Notes: generated by a model not told the origin, from the letters alone. Counted from the first letter of the stretch, positions 30,101 through 45,636 are shown. The stretch: DNA of 64,000 bases from the human T2T-CHM13v2.0 reference genome, Homo sapiens (GCF_009914755.1 NC_060927.1), one strand, 5' to 3'. Made by a program: numbers and translations.

Positions 30101-30764
30101 TCAGAAGTAAATTGCAATTTGGCCTGCGGACTGAGAACATAAACATTTTCATTATCCAAGAATGATTTCAATTTTCTATTGCTTTCCAAAAATTGCATGA
30201 CAGTATGAGGCTATAGATTATTAGGCTATGATGCACCATATTTTTAATTAAAATTAAATTTCAGTTATCTATCAGGCAATCCAAGTGAAATGCACAGTGT
30301 AATAAATTTCAGAACTTATTCTCTCTGTCCATTAGAAAATTCCACTAAATTCCTCCATACTACATTTCTACAGCTATAGACAAATGCTTCTTAAAATCTC
30401 TTCAAAAAAATCATCATCCTAAACGATACACATATGTACATATATTTTTGTATTTTTCAAATTAACTCATTGAGGAAGAGCACAAAACATCTTTGAGATT
30501 CATTGAGAATGTTTCATGTGTTAGTAAACATAATTTAGGGACAACTGTCCGATGTGGTCAGCATATTTTTTTCACCAGCAGCAATGAAGTTTTACAGCCA
30601 ATGTGATATGGTAGATAAAACAGAGGCCTGGAGGTCAGGAGAACTGGTTTCTAGAACTTGCTATACCATCGAATTCTGTGTCATTTTGGTTAAAATATAC
30701 CATCACTCTGGAATTTATCCCCACTAAAATGAGGCAGGTAGACTCCATTATACAAAAAGTCCCT

Positions 30765-31215
30765 GTGACAATCCCTAATTTACTTCCAATAACTGTGCTT
30801 TCCTTTTTCCTTTATAGTAGAACCTCCCAGTTTTATCTAGCCTCATGGCTATTCAGAATAAAAACCTCATTTCCCATCTTTCTTTGCAAGTAGGCATGAC
30901 CCTATGGGTAAGTTTAAGTCAATTCATATGAATAAAAACTTACCTATGGGTAAGTTTAAGTCAATTCATATGAATAAAAATTCATACTCATAAAGAGAAG
31001 CAGTATACCCTCCATTCCTCAATTTCCTGCCCACTTTCCACAGGCTGGAAGGCAGACCTGGAGATAAGCTCTCTTGAAGTATATGGACAAAGACTTCGTA
31101 CCCTAGTGATGGCAGAGCCTGAATCCCCAGTACCATGGAGCTGCCATACAGATCCTGGCAATTAAACCTGGCCTGCAGCAAGAAAGAAAAATAAACTTCA
31201 AGTTGCTATCATTTG
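30765..31215 (+). mobile_element. Old MLT1 (MaLR) LTR
   Basis: CTTTATAGTAGAACCTCCCAGTTTT...CATTTCCCATCTTTCTTTGCAAGTAGGCATGACCC...CATGGAGCTGCCATAC...AGAAAAATAAACTT. Confidence 0.6.
30901..30980 (+). repeat. Perfect 38-bp direct duplication with 4-bp spacer
   Basis: CCTATGGGTAAGTTTAAGTCAATTCATATGAATAAAAA at 30901-30938 and 30943-30980. Confidence 0.95.
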
Positions 31216-34200
31216 GAGTGTTTTGGAATTGCTAAACTTTACTTTATGCTCCCTCTCAGTTTGGAGGACAATGTCATGTAATGAAACATCATGAGATTTT
31301 GAAAAGATACAGACCTGTTTTCAATACTGAGTTTCCTGCATGACTTTAGGCAAATTCCTAAAAATCTCTGTGTTGCTATTGTCTCATTCCAGATCATGTA
31401 AAGAAATTGAGCATATTAGATCGCACAGTAGTTGGTAAGTGACCAATGGTAGTGGTAGTGGTTACTATGAGTGTTTATTAAATGATATGACATGATAATT
31501 CTTAGAAGAACCTGGTGCCATTCAGTTTTGTCATTATTTTAGGATAATTTATAGCTCTCAAGGCACTAAACTATCACCACTTACTGAACTGGGTATTTAA
31601 TCATTCTCTAAGACTTTGGGAATTCTGAATGTGTTTTAAATACAAACTCCTTTGCCCATATTCCAGACTCTATCTTATCATCAGTGGGAAGTGTTTTGAT
31701 CCAGTGTAGATTAGAAGACCAGAGTCTCCGAGTTTTAATTCCCTGTCTGCTCATAACTTTTGAACAGCCATTGAGTTTGCACCCTGCCTGGGATTATGAA
31801 ACAAAGCTAGGTATTTTTGCAAAACTCGATACTTGAAATTTGGAATAAGGTAATTTGATGAAAATATCATGACTGAGGCATAAATATTTTCCTTGTGGAT
31901 AATTTTTTTAAAATACATAATCCTGACATCATATTAGACTTGACGATGAGCAGTTGAAACCACCTTGCTCCTCCCTACACCATTCTCTATTGTCACGAAC
32001 TCAGCCAACTCAGGCAGTAAGAAAAGTAATCTAAAGCTTCCTCAGGGGAATGTGTTTTTCATCCCCTACAGGCAAATCTTAAAACTAATTTACTAAACAT
32101 CATGAAGGTTTTTTTTCACCTTCCCTCTGAAATTCCAGACACTGGCTTAGAATAGAATTAAATTACAGAACCGGTTGCTTTTACCTGGGAAAGAAATTTT
32201 ACATTTGTTCTGAAATGCTTTCTGTCTCTAGTAGGAATAGAGGTTAGTCGTGATTATAAGCCTTCATCAAGAGGAGTCATGGCACGAAAACGTTTCCCCA
32301 GAAAGTCTGTGACTATACATCTCTTCTATATTATGACTTGTGTGGTTGAAAATCTGTAATCCTTTTTCATTTTGAAATAAATACCTGCCTTAACCTTCAA
32401 AGGACTGATATAGAGTTTTGAATTATACTTCAAACAAAAAAATTAATAGATAAATGTTGAAATCATTAAATAGTTTTTACCTATGAAATAAAAAGAAAAT
32501 TACTCATCCCAGGCCATTGTTACATGATGTATCTTTTTTGGGGGGTAGTTTTTTTTTTCTTCAACCAGCACGCATGAGTCTTTTCTTTCTACCTGCTTGT
32601 CATCTTTCTGTCAAAAGATTTCTCACATCATATTCTTTTTACCTCTCAAAACACTTCACTTTAAAATTTTATCACAGGATTTTCTACTTTTTTTTTAGGT
32701 TATGTCACATAACACAAAATGTAAAAAGGTCCTATTTTTAAAAAGTCAGCCTTAATAAGAAGCAAAAAAGATTTAACTGACTATTCAGAGTATCTTTTCT
32801 GAATTGAATCTATAATCATTCTCCTTAAAATTTCTCATATAGTTCTAAAGCTTGATAGACATTTGGCCTCATTAAAATTAATGTGACATAACTATAAGAA
32901 CAGAGAGAAGAAAATGGCAGATGAGGGCTTCTTTTTCAGTCCTAAATCCTTTCCCTGAGGCTCCCTTGCTTCGAACCAGGAGAATCTGGCAGGAGGAATC
33001 AGTTTTGACCAGAGTTAAAAGTTCATACACCTTAACATACCTATACCATTGTAGAAAAGTATCATACCTTCACGAGTCCCACCTTTCTCTTTGAATGCAC
33101 TTTACTGACTTCTTATTGGTTTTCTTGCAATTTGAATGGTGAACATAACCATCAGTCCTCTACAGACTTTTCCTGTCTTCATTCGGGTTCCACTGTCACA
33201 GCCCCTCTCACAGGTCTAATGGCACTGTATAATCAGAGGGGTAAGACCAACGCGGTCAGGTTACCTTCTTGGAACTTCATGGAGAGCAGGTTGGGGGCTC
33301 AACACAGAGATGGCTTCCCAGACCCCAGGCCAACAGTTTGCCAGGTAGCGAAAGAAAGAGGAGAAAATAAAGCATCCTATGAATTTTTCAGTCTCATGAT
33401 CTGCAATACCTAGAAATCAGATCTGCATCTCATCCTACAAAATTTGATAAGAAAAGAATCAATTTCTCTCCCATTTGTGAGAACTTCTTCCCATATCTTT
33501 CACTACGGGCGTATTTTCTCCTTCAAATCATACAGATTTTATCATATCCCTGAACACTTGCTCCTGAGCTCACTGTTCAGTAGAAACAGAATTGGGTCAT
33601 AAAGTTTGCGTTTAAAAATACTTATCCAGGATTGAATTTAGAATTGTTTTTCCCAATGTAAATAACAAAAGTATATGTGTGTGTTTTAGCAAATTTATCT
33701 GAGTTAGGATAAGATCGCTATGTTACATTTCTGCATTTTACAGTTTTTTAGGGTCAAAAGTGGAGCAGATTATATATCCAGTTTAACTGTAATCTTCAAG
33801 CACTTGAAAAATCATTTTTTAAAAAAATGTCATTAACCTCTTGAGCCTAAAAAGGCAAAAACAATGATGTGGAAGGCTTGACTGGGGAGATTACTGATGA
33901 GCTCATAGCTCTATGTTTCATCCTCACCAACTGAATTTAACATAATCCCAGCACTTTAGTGGTCAGAACCTAGAAGTGTAATTAAGGGATGTAGATGGTA
34001 TAGCTCAGCATAGAGTTATACCACCAGATCTGTACTAATTCTGGGCTCTGGGGTTTCATTTCTTCACCCAAAATCAGCGATGGTTTATTTGATTTACTTC
34101 ACTTTACATGGGCTAAACATGAAGAAACCAAAAAGGCTAAAGAATAAGCAAGGAATTGTAATGTGTTTTGAATGCTTGCTACATATACTTCATTTGTGCT

Positions 34201-35360
34201 AATCTGTAATAGTTGTATTAACCCAATTTCACAAATAAGGAAACTGAAGCTCAGTTAGGCCATGGAACCACCCATAATTGCAAAACTCTAAATGGCCAAG
34301 CAAAGATTGAAATGCAGATTTGTCTTAACCTAAAATTCATGCTGATTTCATGACATACAGGTTTCTTCCCAGAAGGCTGACTTTGTAGTTGATAGCTATC
34401 TAGCTTAAGAAATAAAATCAATGAAGTGGCTCTGAGCACAATAAGTGATGACTATTTTCAATGTGTTCTACTAAAACTTTGAAATAAACTTAGCTTTTTC
34501 ATAAGAATCACGGAATTCACTTGATGGGTCTGGCAAATAGGTTCATGTATAGGGCACAGTCTCACTACAAAATGACCTAGGAGTGAAAAAAAACAAAAGA
34601 CAAATTGAAAAAATGCCAACCCACATTGTGATGTACTGTCTACTAGACAGCAAGTAATCACTTACAAAGACCTGGATGAAGACCTTGGTGGACCAGCACT
34701 TCCTCTTCCTATTAACATTTAAAACAATAACTAGATTGAAAAGTTCAACTTGTCAGTTCAGAATATTTCAAGCCAGCATGACATTTGGCAGGTAAGAAAC
34801 TATTATTAGGCAAATTTCTTAATTCATATTTCCTAACACCTTATCAAATGTGGCTTTGTTTTCTTTTCCCTTACCTTCCTCTAAAAGACTTCAAAAGTGT
34901 CTTAATTTTACAATGCTTATTCATGGTTCTCCAAATGGAAATTAAGAGGAATTTGCCTGAAGAGATAGATCCTTCTTGATTATATTCCCCAAATCTATAG
35001 TATCTATGTTTTTATAGCATATTCAACATGGACATATCATTCACTGAATGTAGTACATGAGAGCTCAAGGAAGGCTGTGTGACCCAGAGGAAACCTTACA
35101 CTGCAAGGAATTCTAGAGTCGCAGTTTACTGTCCTCATCCCTTCTTCAAAACTGACTCCTACCCAGAGAGCTCTCTCAACTTTTCATTTAACACTCTTTT
35201 TATGTTTCCACTTCTATTGAAAACTGATCAATTGTTCTTAAAACCCAACTTTCAACAATTTGGCTATCTTATCACTAGGATACTAGCAGACAAACATTAA
35301 ACAACTTGATTCTGCTTCTTTAGTTGGGAACTCTGTGCTTTCTCAAATATAAACAAACAA

Positions 35361-35648
<288 letters not shown>

Positions 35649-36039
35649 CAAAATGTATACAAACAAACATATAACATATTTAGGTTTACCCTAATAATAA
35701 ACTAAACTATTTCAGTGTCAGACAATAGCCATTCTAGCTAGGCAGAAAATGGTGGCTGGAAGTATTTTTTACAGATCATGGTTGATAACAGCACAAAAGG
35801 CAGAACAACTGAGATCAATGGATTATTTGTTTCATACAGTCAGCTACTGATTAGCAGTGACATTTTCATTTCGTCCCCAACTTGCTTTTTTCTTGCTTCT
35901 TTATTTCCTGGATGTCAACTCTTTTTCTAGTTTTGATATAATATATAAAAACATAAATGTTAACCTAAGGAAACATTAGAAAAATAAATGAACCATAACC
36001 ATAACAAATTTTTATTGTATATTTTAAAGCCCAATATGT

Positions 36040-37778
36040 TTGTACTTTATTTTACTGATATATCATAATTGCACATATTTGGGGGGGGTTCATGTGGTAT
36101 TTTAACACAAGTATACAATGTGTAATGACCAAATCAGAGTAATTGGGATATCCATCACTTTGAATATTTATCTTTCCTTTTTGTTGAGATGATACAATTC
36201 TTCTTTTCTAGCTATTTTGACATATATAATAAATTATTAACTATTATTTTCCTACTATACTATCAGATACTAGAACTTATTCCTTCTAACTGTATTTTTG
36301 TCCCCATTAACCAACTTCTCTTTATTCCCCTACTCTCTTTTCCATTCCCAGCCTCTGGTAACTACCCATTATACTCTCTACCTCCATGAAATCCACTTTA
36401 TCAACACCCATATAGGAATAAGAACATGTGACATTTATCTTTCTGTGCCTGGCTTATTTCACTTAACATAATGACCTCCAGTTCCACCCATGTTCTTGTA
36501 AATTACAGGATTTAATTCTTTTTATAGCTGAATAATATGCCATTGTGTATACATACCACATATTTTTTATCCATTTATTCATTGGTGGACTTTTATGTTG
36601 ACTACATACTTTGGCTATTGTGAATATTGCTATAATAAACATGAAAGTGCAGATGTCTCTTTGATATACTGATTTCCTTTGTTTTGGATTTATACCTGGT
36701 AGTGAAATTGTTGGCTTATATGGTAGTTCTATTTTTAGTTTCTGGAGGAACCTTCATACTGTTCTCCATAGTGGCTAGAACTCATTTACATTCTCACCAA
36801 CAGTGTGTGAGGGTTCCCATTTATCCACATCCCATTTATCCACCAGCATTTGTTACTGCCTGTCTTTTGGATAAAAGCTTAACTGGGGTGGAATAATATC
36901 TCACTATGGTTTTGAATTGCATTTCTCTGATGATTAGTAATGTTGCATGTTTTTTTCATATGCTTGTTCATTTCTATGCCTTCTTTTGAGAAATGTCTAT
37001 TTAGTTCTTTTACCCATTTTTAAATTAGTGAGATTATTTTGGTTTTTTTCTTTTGTGTTGTTTGAATTCCTTATATATTCTGGTCACTAATCCCTTGTCA
37101 AATGGGGAATTTGCAAATAATTTCTCCCATTCTGTGGGTTGTCTCTTTATTTTGCTGACTGTTCCATTTGCTGTGCAGAAGCTTTTTAGCTTGATGTAAT
37201 TCTATTTGTCTATTTTTGCTTTGGTTGTCTTTGCTTTTGAGATCTTACCCAAAAAGTCTTTGCCCAGACTAATGTCCTAGAGTGTTTCCTCAATATTTTC
37301 TTCTAATAGTTTCATAGTTTCAGATCTTACATTTAAGTCTTTAATCCATTTTGAGTTTATTTTTGTATATAGCGAAAGATGGGGATCTTGTTTCTTTCCT
37401 CTGCACATGGATATCCAGTTTTCCCAGCACCGTTTATTAAAGAGATTGTCCTTTCCCCAGTGTATGTCTTTAGTGCCTTTGCTGAAAACACATTGGCTGT
37501 AAGTATATAGATTTATTTTAGGGTTTTCTGTTCTGTTCCATTGGTCTGTGTGTCTGTTTTTATGCCAGTGCCATGTTGTTTTGGTTACTAGAGCATTGAA
37601 GTATAATTTGAAATCAAGTTGTGTGATGCCTCCAGCTTTGTTCTTTTTACTCAGGACTGATTTAACTATTCTAGGTCCTTTGTGGCTTCATACGAATTTT
37701 TTTTTTCTATTTCTATGAAAACTGTCATAGATATTTTGACAGAGATTGCATTGAATCCGTAGACCACTTTTGGTACTA
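36040..37778 (-). mobile_element. L1MA (about L1MA2/3) 3' portion
   Basis: ACAATGTGTAATGACCAAATCAGAGTAATTGGGATATCCATCAC 3'UTR followed by reversed ORF2 (GTGCAGAAGCTTTTTAGCTTGATG, TGATGCCTCCAGCTTTGTTCTTTTT). Confidence 0.92.
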
Positions 37779-37971
37779 TCAAAGCTAAATTTTAACAACT
37801 TTGGGGGTAATCTCTAATTTTAGAGTATAATATTCATTTATTTATCAAGGCCATCTTTCTTTCAGCAAACAAATATACCTTCTATATGCTAGGTATTGGG
37901 GAAGAAAAAGGATAACTCTTAAATAATCCCTGCTCTCAGAAAACTCAGTCTAATGATGGGAACAGATGGGC

Positions 37972-38785
37972 TATCAGTTATTGATTTCCGCACAATAGCT
38001 GTCTGACATCTAACCACAAAAACTCAATGGCATAAAGCAAAAAGCATGTATTTATTAAAGCAATAATCCTGTGAGTCAGTGATGCAGTCTGGACTGTATA
38101 TAAGGCTGTTATTCTGTACTTTGCTTGGATTGCTCAAATATCTGGGGGTCAGCTGGCTCTTAGCTGATCTCAGCTATCTTTGGCTGGTATTATTGGGGCT
38201 GTCTGTCCTCTACATATCTCTCATCCTCCAAAAGTCTAGCCCCGTCATATTCTCAAGATAATGGGAGAAGCACAAGAATACAACCAGAAATACTCACGTA
38301 GTTTTTCCAAACTCTGTCTCATGACTGCTCACATCCCATGAGCCAAACAAGTCACACAGCCAAACTCAGAATCATATGCCCTCGAGTGGGAGGACCCTTA
38401 AAGTCATATGGTAAAAGGCACAGACACAGGGAGAGGTAAAGATTGGAAGTGGCCGGGCACAGTGGCTCACGCCTGTAATCCCAGCACTTTGGGAGGCCAA
38501 GGCAGGTGGAGCACAAGGTCAGGAGTTTGTGACCAGCTTGACCAACATGTTGAAACCCTGCCTCTAATAAAAATACAAAAATTAGCCGGGTGTGGTGCTG
38601 CATGCCTGTAATTCCAGCTACTCAGGAGGCTGAGGCAGGAGAATCACTTGAACCCAGGAGGCGGAGGTTGCAGTGAGCCGAGATCATGACACTGTACTCC
38701 AGCCTGGGCGACAGAGCCAGACTCCAACTCAAAAACAAAAAAAAACAAAAAAAAAAAGAATGGAAGCTACTGTTACAATCCACCA
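37972..38785 (-). mobile_element. Old MaLR (MLT1-like) LTR interrupted by an Alu
   Basis: TATCAGTTATTG...ACCACAAAAACTCAATGGCATAAAGCAA...CAAGTCACACAGCCAAACTCAGA...TTACAATCCACCAC. Confidence 0.6.
38451..38756 (+). mobile_element. AluS SINE (AluSg-like)
   Basis: Full dimer with A tail; TSD AAAGATTGGAAG (38438) / AAAGAATGGAAG (38755). Confidence 0.94.
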
Positions 38786-39425
38786 CTGAAGAACGAACAA
38801 AAAAGAAGATATCCTCTTGTTCTGAAACAAGAGGCTGGTGCTATAATAGAGATAGAAAAGAATACTATGGGAGTTCAGTGGAAGGTCTAAATCTCCCTTT
38901 CCAGAAAACCAACAAAGTTTTAACCAAATAAGTGATATGCAAGCTGGTTCTTAAAGGCTACCTATCTGAAAAGGCAGAAAAGGACTCATATCTGAAAGAA
39001 AATGCACATGTGATAACACAGAGATGTGATTAAGCATACTATGTTGGGAACAATGAAGACTCAGTGTGGCTGGAGTTGAAGGTACAGATGAAAAAATGAG
39101 AAATGATGTTTGTGATTTAGGTTGAACTGAATAGAAAGGTTTTGTATTTCAACCTGTTATTACCTTGTACGCAGCTTATTTGATTGTAAACCTCTTAGGG
39201 AAGGGGCTACATCTTCAGTAGTCTCTCTGTTACCCATAGTGCCTTGCACATAGGAAATACTCAATCAGTGTTAGCTACATGGACTTCCACTCCACTGGTG
39301 GAAAAAAATCACAAGTTGACCACATCATGGAGATGAACTAGTGATGTACAAAGACATCTCTACAAGCAAGTGTAAGTCTAGAGGTCATCTCTTTCCATAT
39401 TAAGTTTCAAAACTTTCAAATCTGA

Positions 39426-39785
<360 letters not shown>

Positions 39786-42114
39786 TTATAAAAAGGCCAA
39801 GAAAATTTTATTTTCATACTCATATTTTCTCCCTAAAAACTAAGTAGTGAGACTAGGTTATATTCAAATTCCTAACATCTCCATGATGTTAACTTTGGCT
39901 ATTTGGGTTTATTTTACAACCTCTGGTGTGGGACAATATGATAAAATGCAACTTAGGAAGGGATATTAAAAAGGAAGCACATTGTAGCCTAAGGTACTAT
40001 TCCAACCCTTTTCAAAGGCTATCTTTAAAACCAAAACTAAACTGCCCAGCAATGGTCCCAAGAAGATACCTAAAATGAAATGGTGGCTAGGATTGTGGGA
40101 GTGGCATCACAAAGGCTACAGCAGGGCTTTCCTGATATAGTGATGATTTTCTGCTAAGAGGGAAAAATACAGTGTAATTTTAACTCACATGAGTTAGAAG
40201 AAAAAAAGACTGGAGATTATTAATTGTAGATGTTTATTTTCTGACCTCACAATTCCTTGAGGTTACTTCCCTGGTGGAACACGCCAGGTATCACTCCACA
40301 TTGCTCATTACTAATTTATCTCCATGAAAGAAGAAATCAGTTATCTAATTAGTAGGTGCTATGAATATGATGAGGTGGAGCTAACCTATTATAAAAGCTA
40401 ATCATTTGGACTCAAAAGGCAAGACTGGTTGGACAATAATATTTCTAAGTGTATCTGTTCTGCCAATCCAAACTCTTCCCAGAGTGGGCTGTCCATTGGG
40501 CTGACTTAGAATAGATATGAGCAAGTCCATTTGTCCATGTTCTTCCATCAGCTGCATCAATAATAAAGCCACTATCTTGATTACAAGATAACTTGTGTCT
40601 TCTTTTCATGGCTTCCAAAGATAAAAAGATAATAAAGAGGTGTTATTTTTTGTTCTTCTTGCTGCAAAAGTGGATACTCTGTCTTATCCATCCTAGTGTT
40701 CCCCACGGTGCTAAAATGGTGTCAGACACACAGTCAATGCTCAAAAAACTTGTTCAATGAATGGGAACAAGAATAATTTAACATCAAAATCTAGTCTTTT
40801 CTTTGATCTGACATCTCTTGGGTTCCTTTAGAGAAAAGTAGAGTTCCTCTTGGTGTCACTAGTCAACATTTTTCTTCTGCACACATTTATTCAATTTCTC
40901 AAGCGTTAATGGTCCATGCAACTCTTTTATCTCCCCATTGGACACTCTGTAGCATGGTGACCACAAAGACTTTATCAAGTGCTTTGTCATTCTTTGTAAT
41001 GACAAGGTCTATATGGATTTAAAATACCACCATCTGTGATCAGTTTGAGGATTTCACAGAGCTAACTGGGACCCATTTCAATGAAATACTAAACCTTTAT
41101 CACTCTAACTGTTGTCTCCAGTGACTCAATGAAAGCTTCCTGAATGCTACTCTTCTCAAAATGAAAGGAGTAAAAACGATATTGCATGCCTGTGATTTCT
41201 CCAACTCTCCGTAGAATTTCAAGTTGTTCTCAATTATGAAAATGATAACCTCAAAATAATCAAATAGTTCTCGAGTCTTTTCCAGTGCTTTCCTACTGTT
41301 TCTACAAGAGAAAATGTAATATGTTGGGAAAACCCCTTTGCAATAAAGATTAAGGCTGGTTTGATACAAAATAGAAAGAGAGAAAAGCCAGCTGATGCTT
41401 AGATTTGATACAGTTGTAAAGAGGAAGCTATGGGAGGATTTGTAGGCAGGAAAAGGAAGACAAGTAGAAGGGAAGGTAGTCATATAAAAATAATACCCTG
41501 TCTTATCTGCCAAAGTATAGATTCAGGTTGGCCCTTGCTGAGAAATTTCAAAGGAAGAGCATGTGTGTTCTACATGGCCCATTAATGGCTACTAATTCAT
41601 TGCAGTGATAAGTCAGTCTAAAACATATGCATTAGAGTTAATAGAAGTATAAGCACTTAGGGAAATGCCAACAAACTATTTCTTCTTTATTTGTCCAAGT
41701 AAGCCTATAGCTCTGGTAACTGTACATATAAAAAATTGAAAAAATCAATCAGTTAATACATATCAAGTAACTGCTGGGCATTAAGAGTTCTATCATGTGT
41801 CATGAAGACCAATGAAACACAGATGTCTGCCCTCAAGCTGCACAGTCTGCTGGGAATAGAAACACATGTTGTCAAGCAAGTTCATGACCACATGCAACCT
41901 TATCTAAAAGATCCAGATAGTAGGTTGAAGGTATCCTTTTCTTGTTTTACCCACAAATGATCCTTGTTTCTCAATATAACATTGTGAGGGCCATTGAAAA
42001 GCATTTGCTTGCTTTTCTCAACCGGTATCTCAAGTGGTAACTGCCAAAATTCTCGTGGTTTCAGGAATTAATCAGTTATAGACATATAGAATGTATGAGC
42101 TAGAAGGAACTTCA

Positions 42115-42529
<415 letters not shown>

Positions 42530-42734
42530 AAGGAACTTCAGAGAACTTCTGATTCAAGTTCTTCATCCTTTCCAATTAGGAAACAAAGACCCTGAGAAAT
42601 GAGGTGACTTACTCAAGGTCTTACACCAATATGTAGAACTCAAACTATGGTCCCCTGTTCAGAACTAGGGGAATTGATAGCCTGCTAAAAATTGATGAAC
42701 TAAAGAATTTGTTTTCTTTTAAAATTATAACCGT

Positions 42735-42870
42735 CTATGAAGACATTCTAATCTCTATTTTATAGATGAGGAAATAGGTTCAGGAAGGTTAATTCACTTT
42801 TCCAAGGTCACACAGCTTGTAAGTGGCATAGCCAGGACAGGTACTAAAGTCTTTCCAACTTTCACACCAC
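42735..42870 (-). mobile_element. MIR SINE remnant
   Basis: ATTTTATAGATGAGGAAATAGG...CCAAGGTCACACAGCTTGTAAGTGGCATAGCCAGGA. Confidence 0.75.
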
Positions 42871-44054
42871 CAGGCAGCTACACTCTCTCAATGCAGTAAG
42901 TTAACTTAGCGATATGCAGTTTTATCTCCAGGCCAGACTCCAATATAAATCTATTTCTCCTCCCTGGAGTCTGAAAAGGCAAACAATTCTCAAAATTTAA
43001 ATCAAAACATGAAAGCTTCTTTTCCTACCCATGGGACTAAGAAGGCAGATTTCTTTTCAGGTGTCTCATTTGATCTTCTTAAAAGGTTCTTTCCTTCTGG
43101 CCATTAAAATAAGTGCTATCAGCAGGGCCAAACCACTCAAAGGCTATAGCAGCAGACTGATCAAGTGGAGTGTCTTTGTAAACACTGCACTTCGATTTAT
43201 TTCACAGGGACTATAAAAGGGAGGCTTTTATCACCATGCTTCTGTGATAAAACAATGGGAAAACACAGGTGTTATCTGCAGTGGCCAATCAAAATGTCTA
43301 GAGCGTGGACCTGAATAGGCCCAAGTACTATGGCAGCAGCATAGCCTCTCTGCCTGGGCCATCATGTCAGCCATTTGCTAGCATGCCATTGTTCCTATAA
43401 GGGACTAATACAAGAGGCCTGCCAATGGCAAATGGGACCTCTGAGCTCTTCTGAAAGGCAGGACAGTGGACGGCTCAAGCACAGGATCTAGGAGACAGAG
43501 TAACTTGGACTCAAGCTGAACTCTTTTTTTTTATCATGTAATGTCATAGCCAATTATATAATTTGATTTTCAAATTCTACATCTGTGGAATTGAAATAAG
43601 GACATCTACTTCATAAGGTTGTTCTAAGAATTATATGCTATATATATATAAAGCATCTTAGAACAGATCCTTCAACATGGAAGGGAAGCTCAGTAGTAGG
43701 AGGTTCTTGCTGACCTACCTTATTTCTCTTCCCTTCATCCTGATAAATATTAATAGAATTATGGAATTTCTGAATAGCCACCTATTAGAACTAGAATTCA
43801 CAAAGTCTTCTCCTATGCATTATAATATACAAGATAGTATATGCTCCTTATGATGACCTAATAATGTAGCAGGGCTGCATGGCATCACTCCCATTTATAA
43901 GACAGGAGGGAGACACCAAATGGGGACCAGCTTGCCCAAAGTCACAGTAGAGTAAGCAACAAAGCAGGATTTGACCCCTCTAGATATTTTCTTTCTTGGG
44001 TTAGCACTCATTTCACTGAATTGTGCCAATATGACATGTGTTCAGATAGAGCTC

Positions 44055-44410
44055 TGATATTTCTCTGGCTGTGTCCCCACCCAAATCTCACCTTGAATTG
44101 TAACAATCCCCACTGTCAAAGGCAGGGCCAGGTGGAGATAATTGAATCATGGGGGCTGTTTCCCCCATACCGTTCTCGTGGTAGTGAATAAGTCTCATGA
44201 GATCTGATGGTTTTATAAATGAGAGTTCCCCTGCACAAGCTCTCTTGAATGCCACCATGTAAGATGTGCCTTTGCTTCTCCTTTGGCTTCTGCCATGATG
44301 GTGAGGCCTCCCCAGCCATATGGAACTATGAGTCCGTTAAACCTTTTCCCTTTATAAATTACCCACTCCCAGGTATGTCTTTATTAGCAGCATAGGAATA
44401 GACTAACACA
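44055..44410 (+). mobile_element. THE1C-like MaLR solo LTR
   Basis: TGATAT...CTGTGTCCCCACCCAAATCTCACCTTGAATTGTAA...GACTAACACA; 5-bp TSD AGCTC at 44050-44054 and 44411-44415. Confidence 0.93.
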
Positions 44411-44914
44411 AGCTCAAATCAATATTATACTTTACTATAAGTAAATTAAACCAAGAATTGGCCAGTTTAGACTGCCAATCTAAAGAGACCACACTTCCTC
44501 TTCAAGATGTCTCACTGTCACTGTTAACAAAGCAAGTGGTTATGTAGTTGTCTCTTTTATAAATAATTATGAACATCTGAAATAAAATCTCTTGCTGTAA
44601 AAGTGTTCTGGTTACTAAAGAGAAAGTCTTTTTCACAGGCATTGTTAAGTGATACACTTCAATTTGTCATGGGTCTTGTGTTATCTTATCCAAGGTAGAC
44701 TTCAAGGTGACTTGATGAGGCTCCTGAATTACAAGACAAGACGTGTAGGTTCCAACACCAGTTTTGTCTCTAACCTATTTTCTGGCCATGGATTCTCAAC
44801 TGCTCTTTATAGACTTTACTCAGCATCACCTGAAAACTCCGATAAAGCACAGTAATACTAAGACTATTTTCTTTCTACATTTACAATGACTGTTTTATTT
44901 TAATTTTCAGTCTC

Positions 44915-45090
44915 ACGTGGTAGAAAACACCTGGATTGAGAGTCAGACTTGCTGAATCCCAGGCCTTGATTTACACTTACTACCTCTGTGGCCCTGGAAA
45001 AGTCACTTGGCTTCTCTGAGTTTCTCTTTGATTGACTAAATAAGGATAATGTCTATCCTCCCGGCTCTTTATGCATTGTTGTTGTAATTA
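44915..45090 (+). mobile_element. MIR SINE remnant
   Basis: GAGTCAGAC...GAATCCCAGG...CACTTACTACCTCTGTGGCCCTGGAAAAGTCACTT. Confidence 0.7.
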
Positions 45091-45636
45091 TTGAACATGT
45101 GAATGTTCATGGTCAATTGCTTTATGCTGTATATATTTGTAGTGAGTATGAATTCCCCAAATCTGGGTGTAATAAAAACCTAATTTGTTAAGATTTCTAA
45201 ATCATATTAATTTCTAACCTTGCAGGTTGCGAGGAAATTTGGTGATTCTAGTCATTGCTGGAGCTCTATCACTTCCATATCCCTTCCAGAACCCTTGAAA
45301 GATATGAAGGGTCACAAAAAGTTTGGAATATTCATAGAAGCACTGCCTGGACACCATCAGTTACTTCTGAAGTGATCATTCCCCAAGACTGCACAGGCTC
45401 AAGAGGGCAGAGAGCTCCTTGGCTCCTTGCTAGTTCAGGTACAAGGTGCTCTTGTGACAGCTCCCCATCATCCCCTCTCCACTAGCTTCATCTGAGGCAA
45501 GCCCCCATCACACATGTATTTTCATATGCAGAGTGGATTTTTTTCATAGAAATCCAACTAAGAACACTCCTGGGAATGTACCTGCCCTCAACATGACCTG
45601 TCTACTCCAGTCTCTTTCTTCAATTCCTTACTTCTG

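Noticed and set aside
30901-30980. Direct repeats as a CRISPR-like array
   Set aside because: Only two copies, a 4-bp spacer, eukaryotic context and no cas genes.
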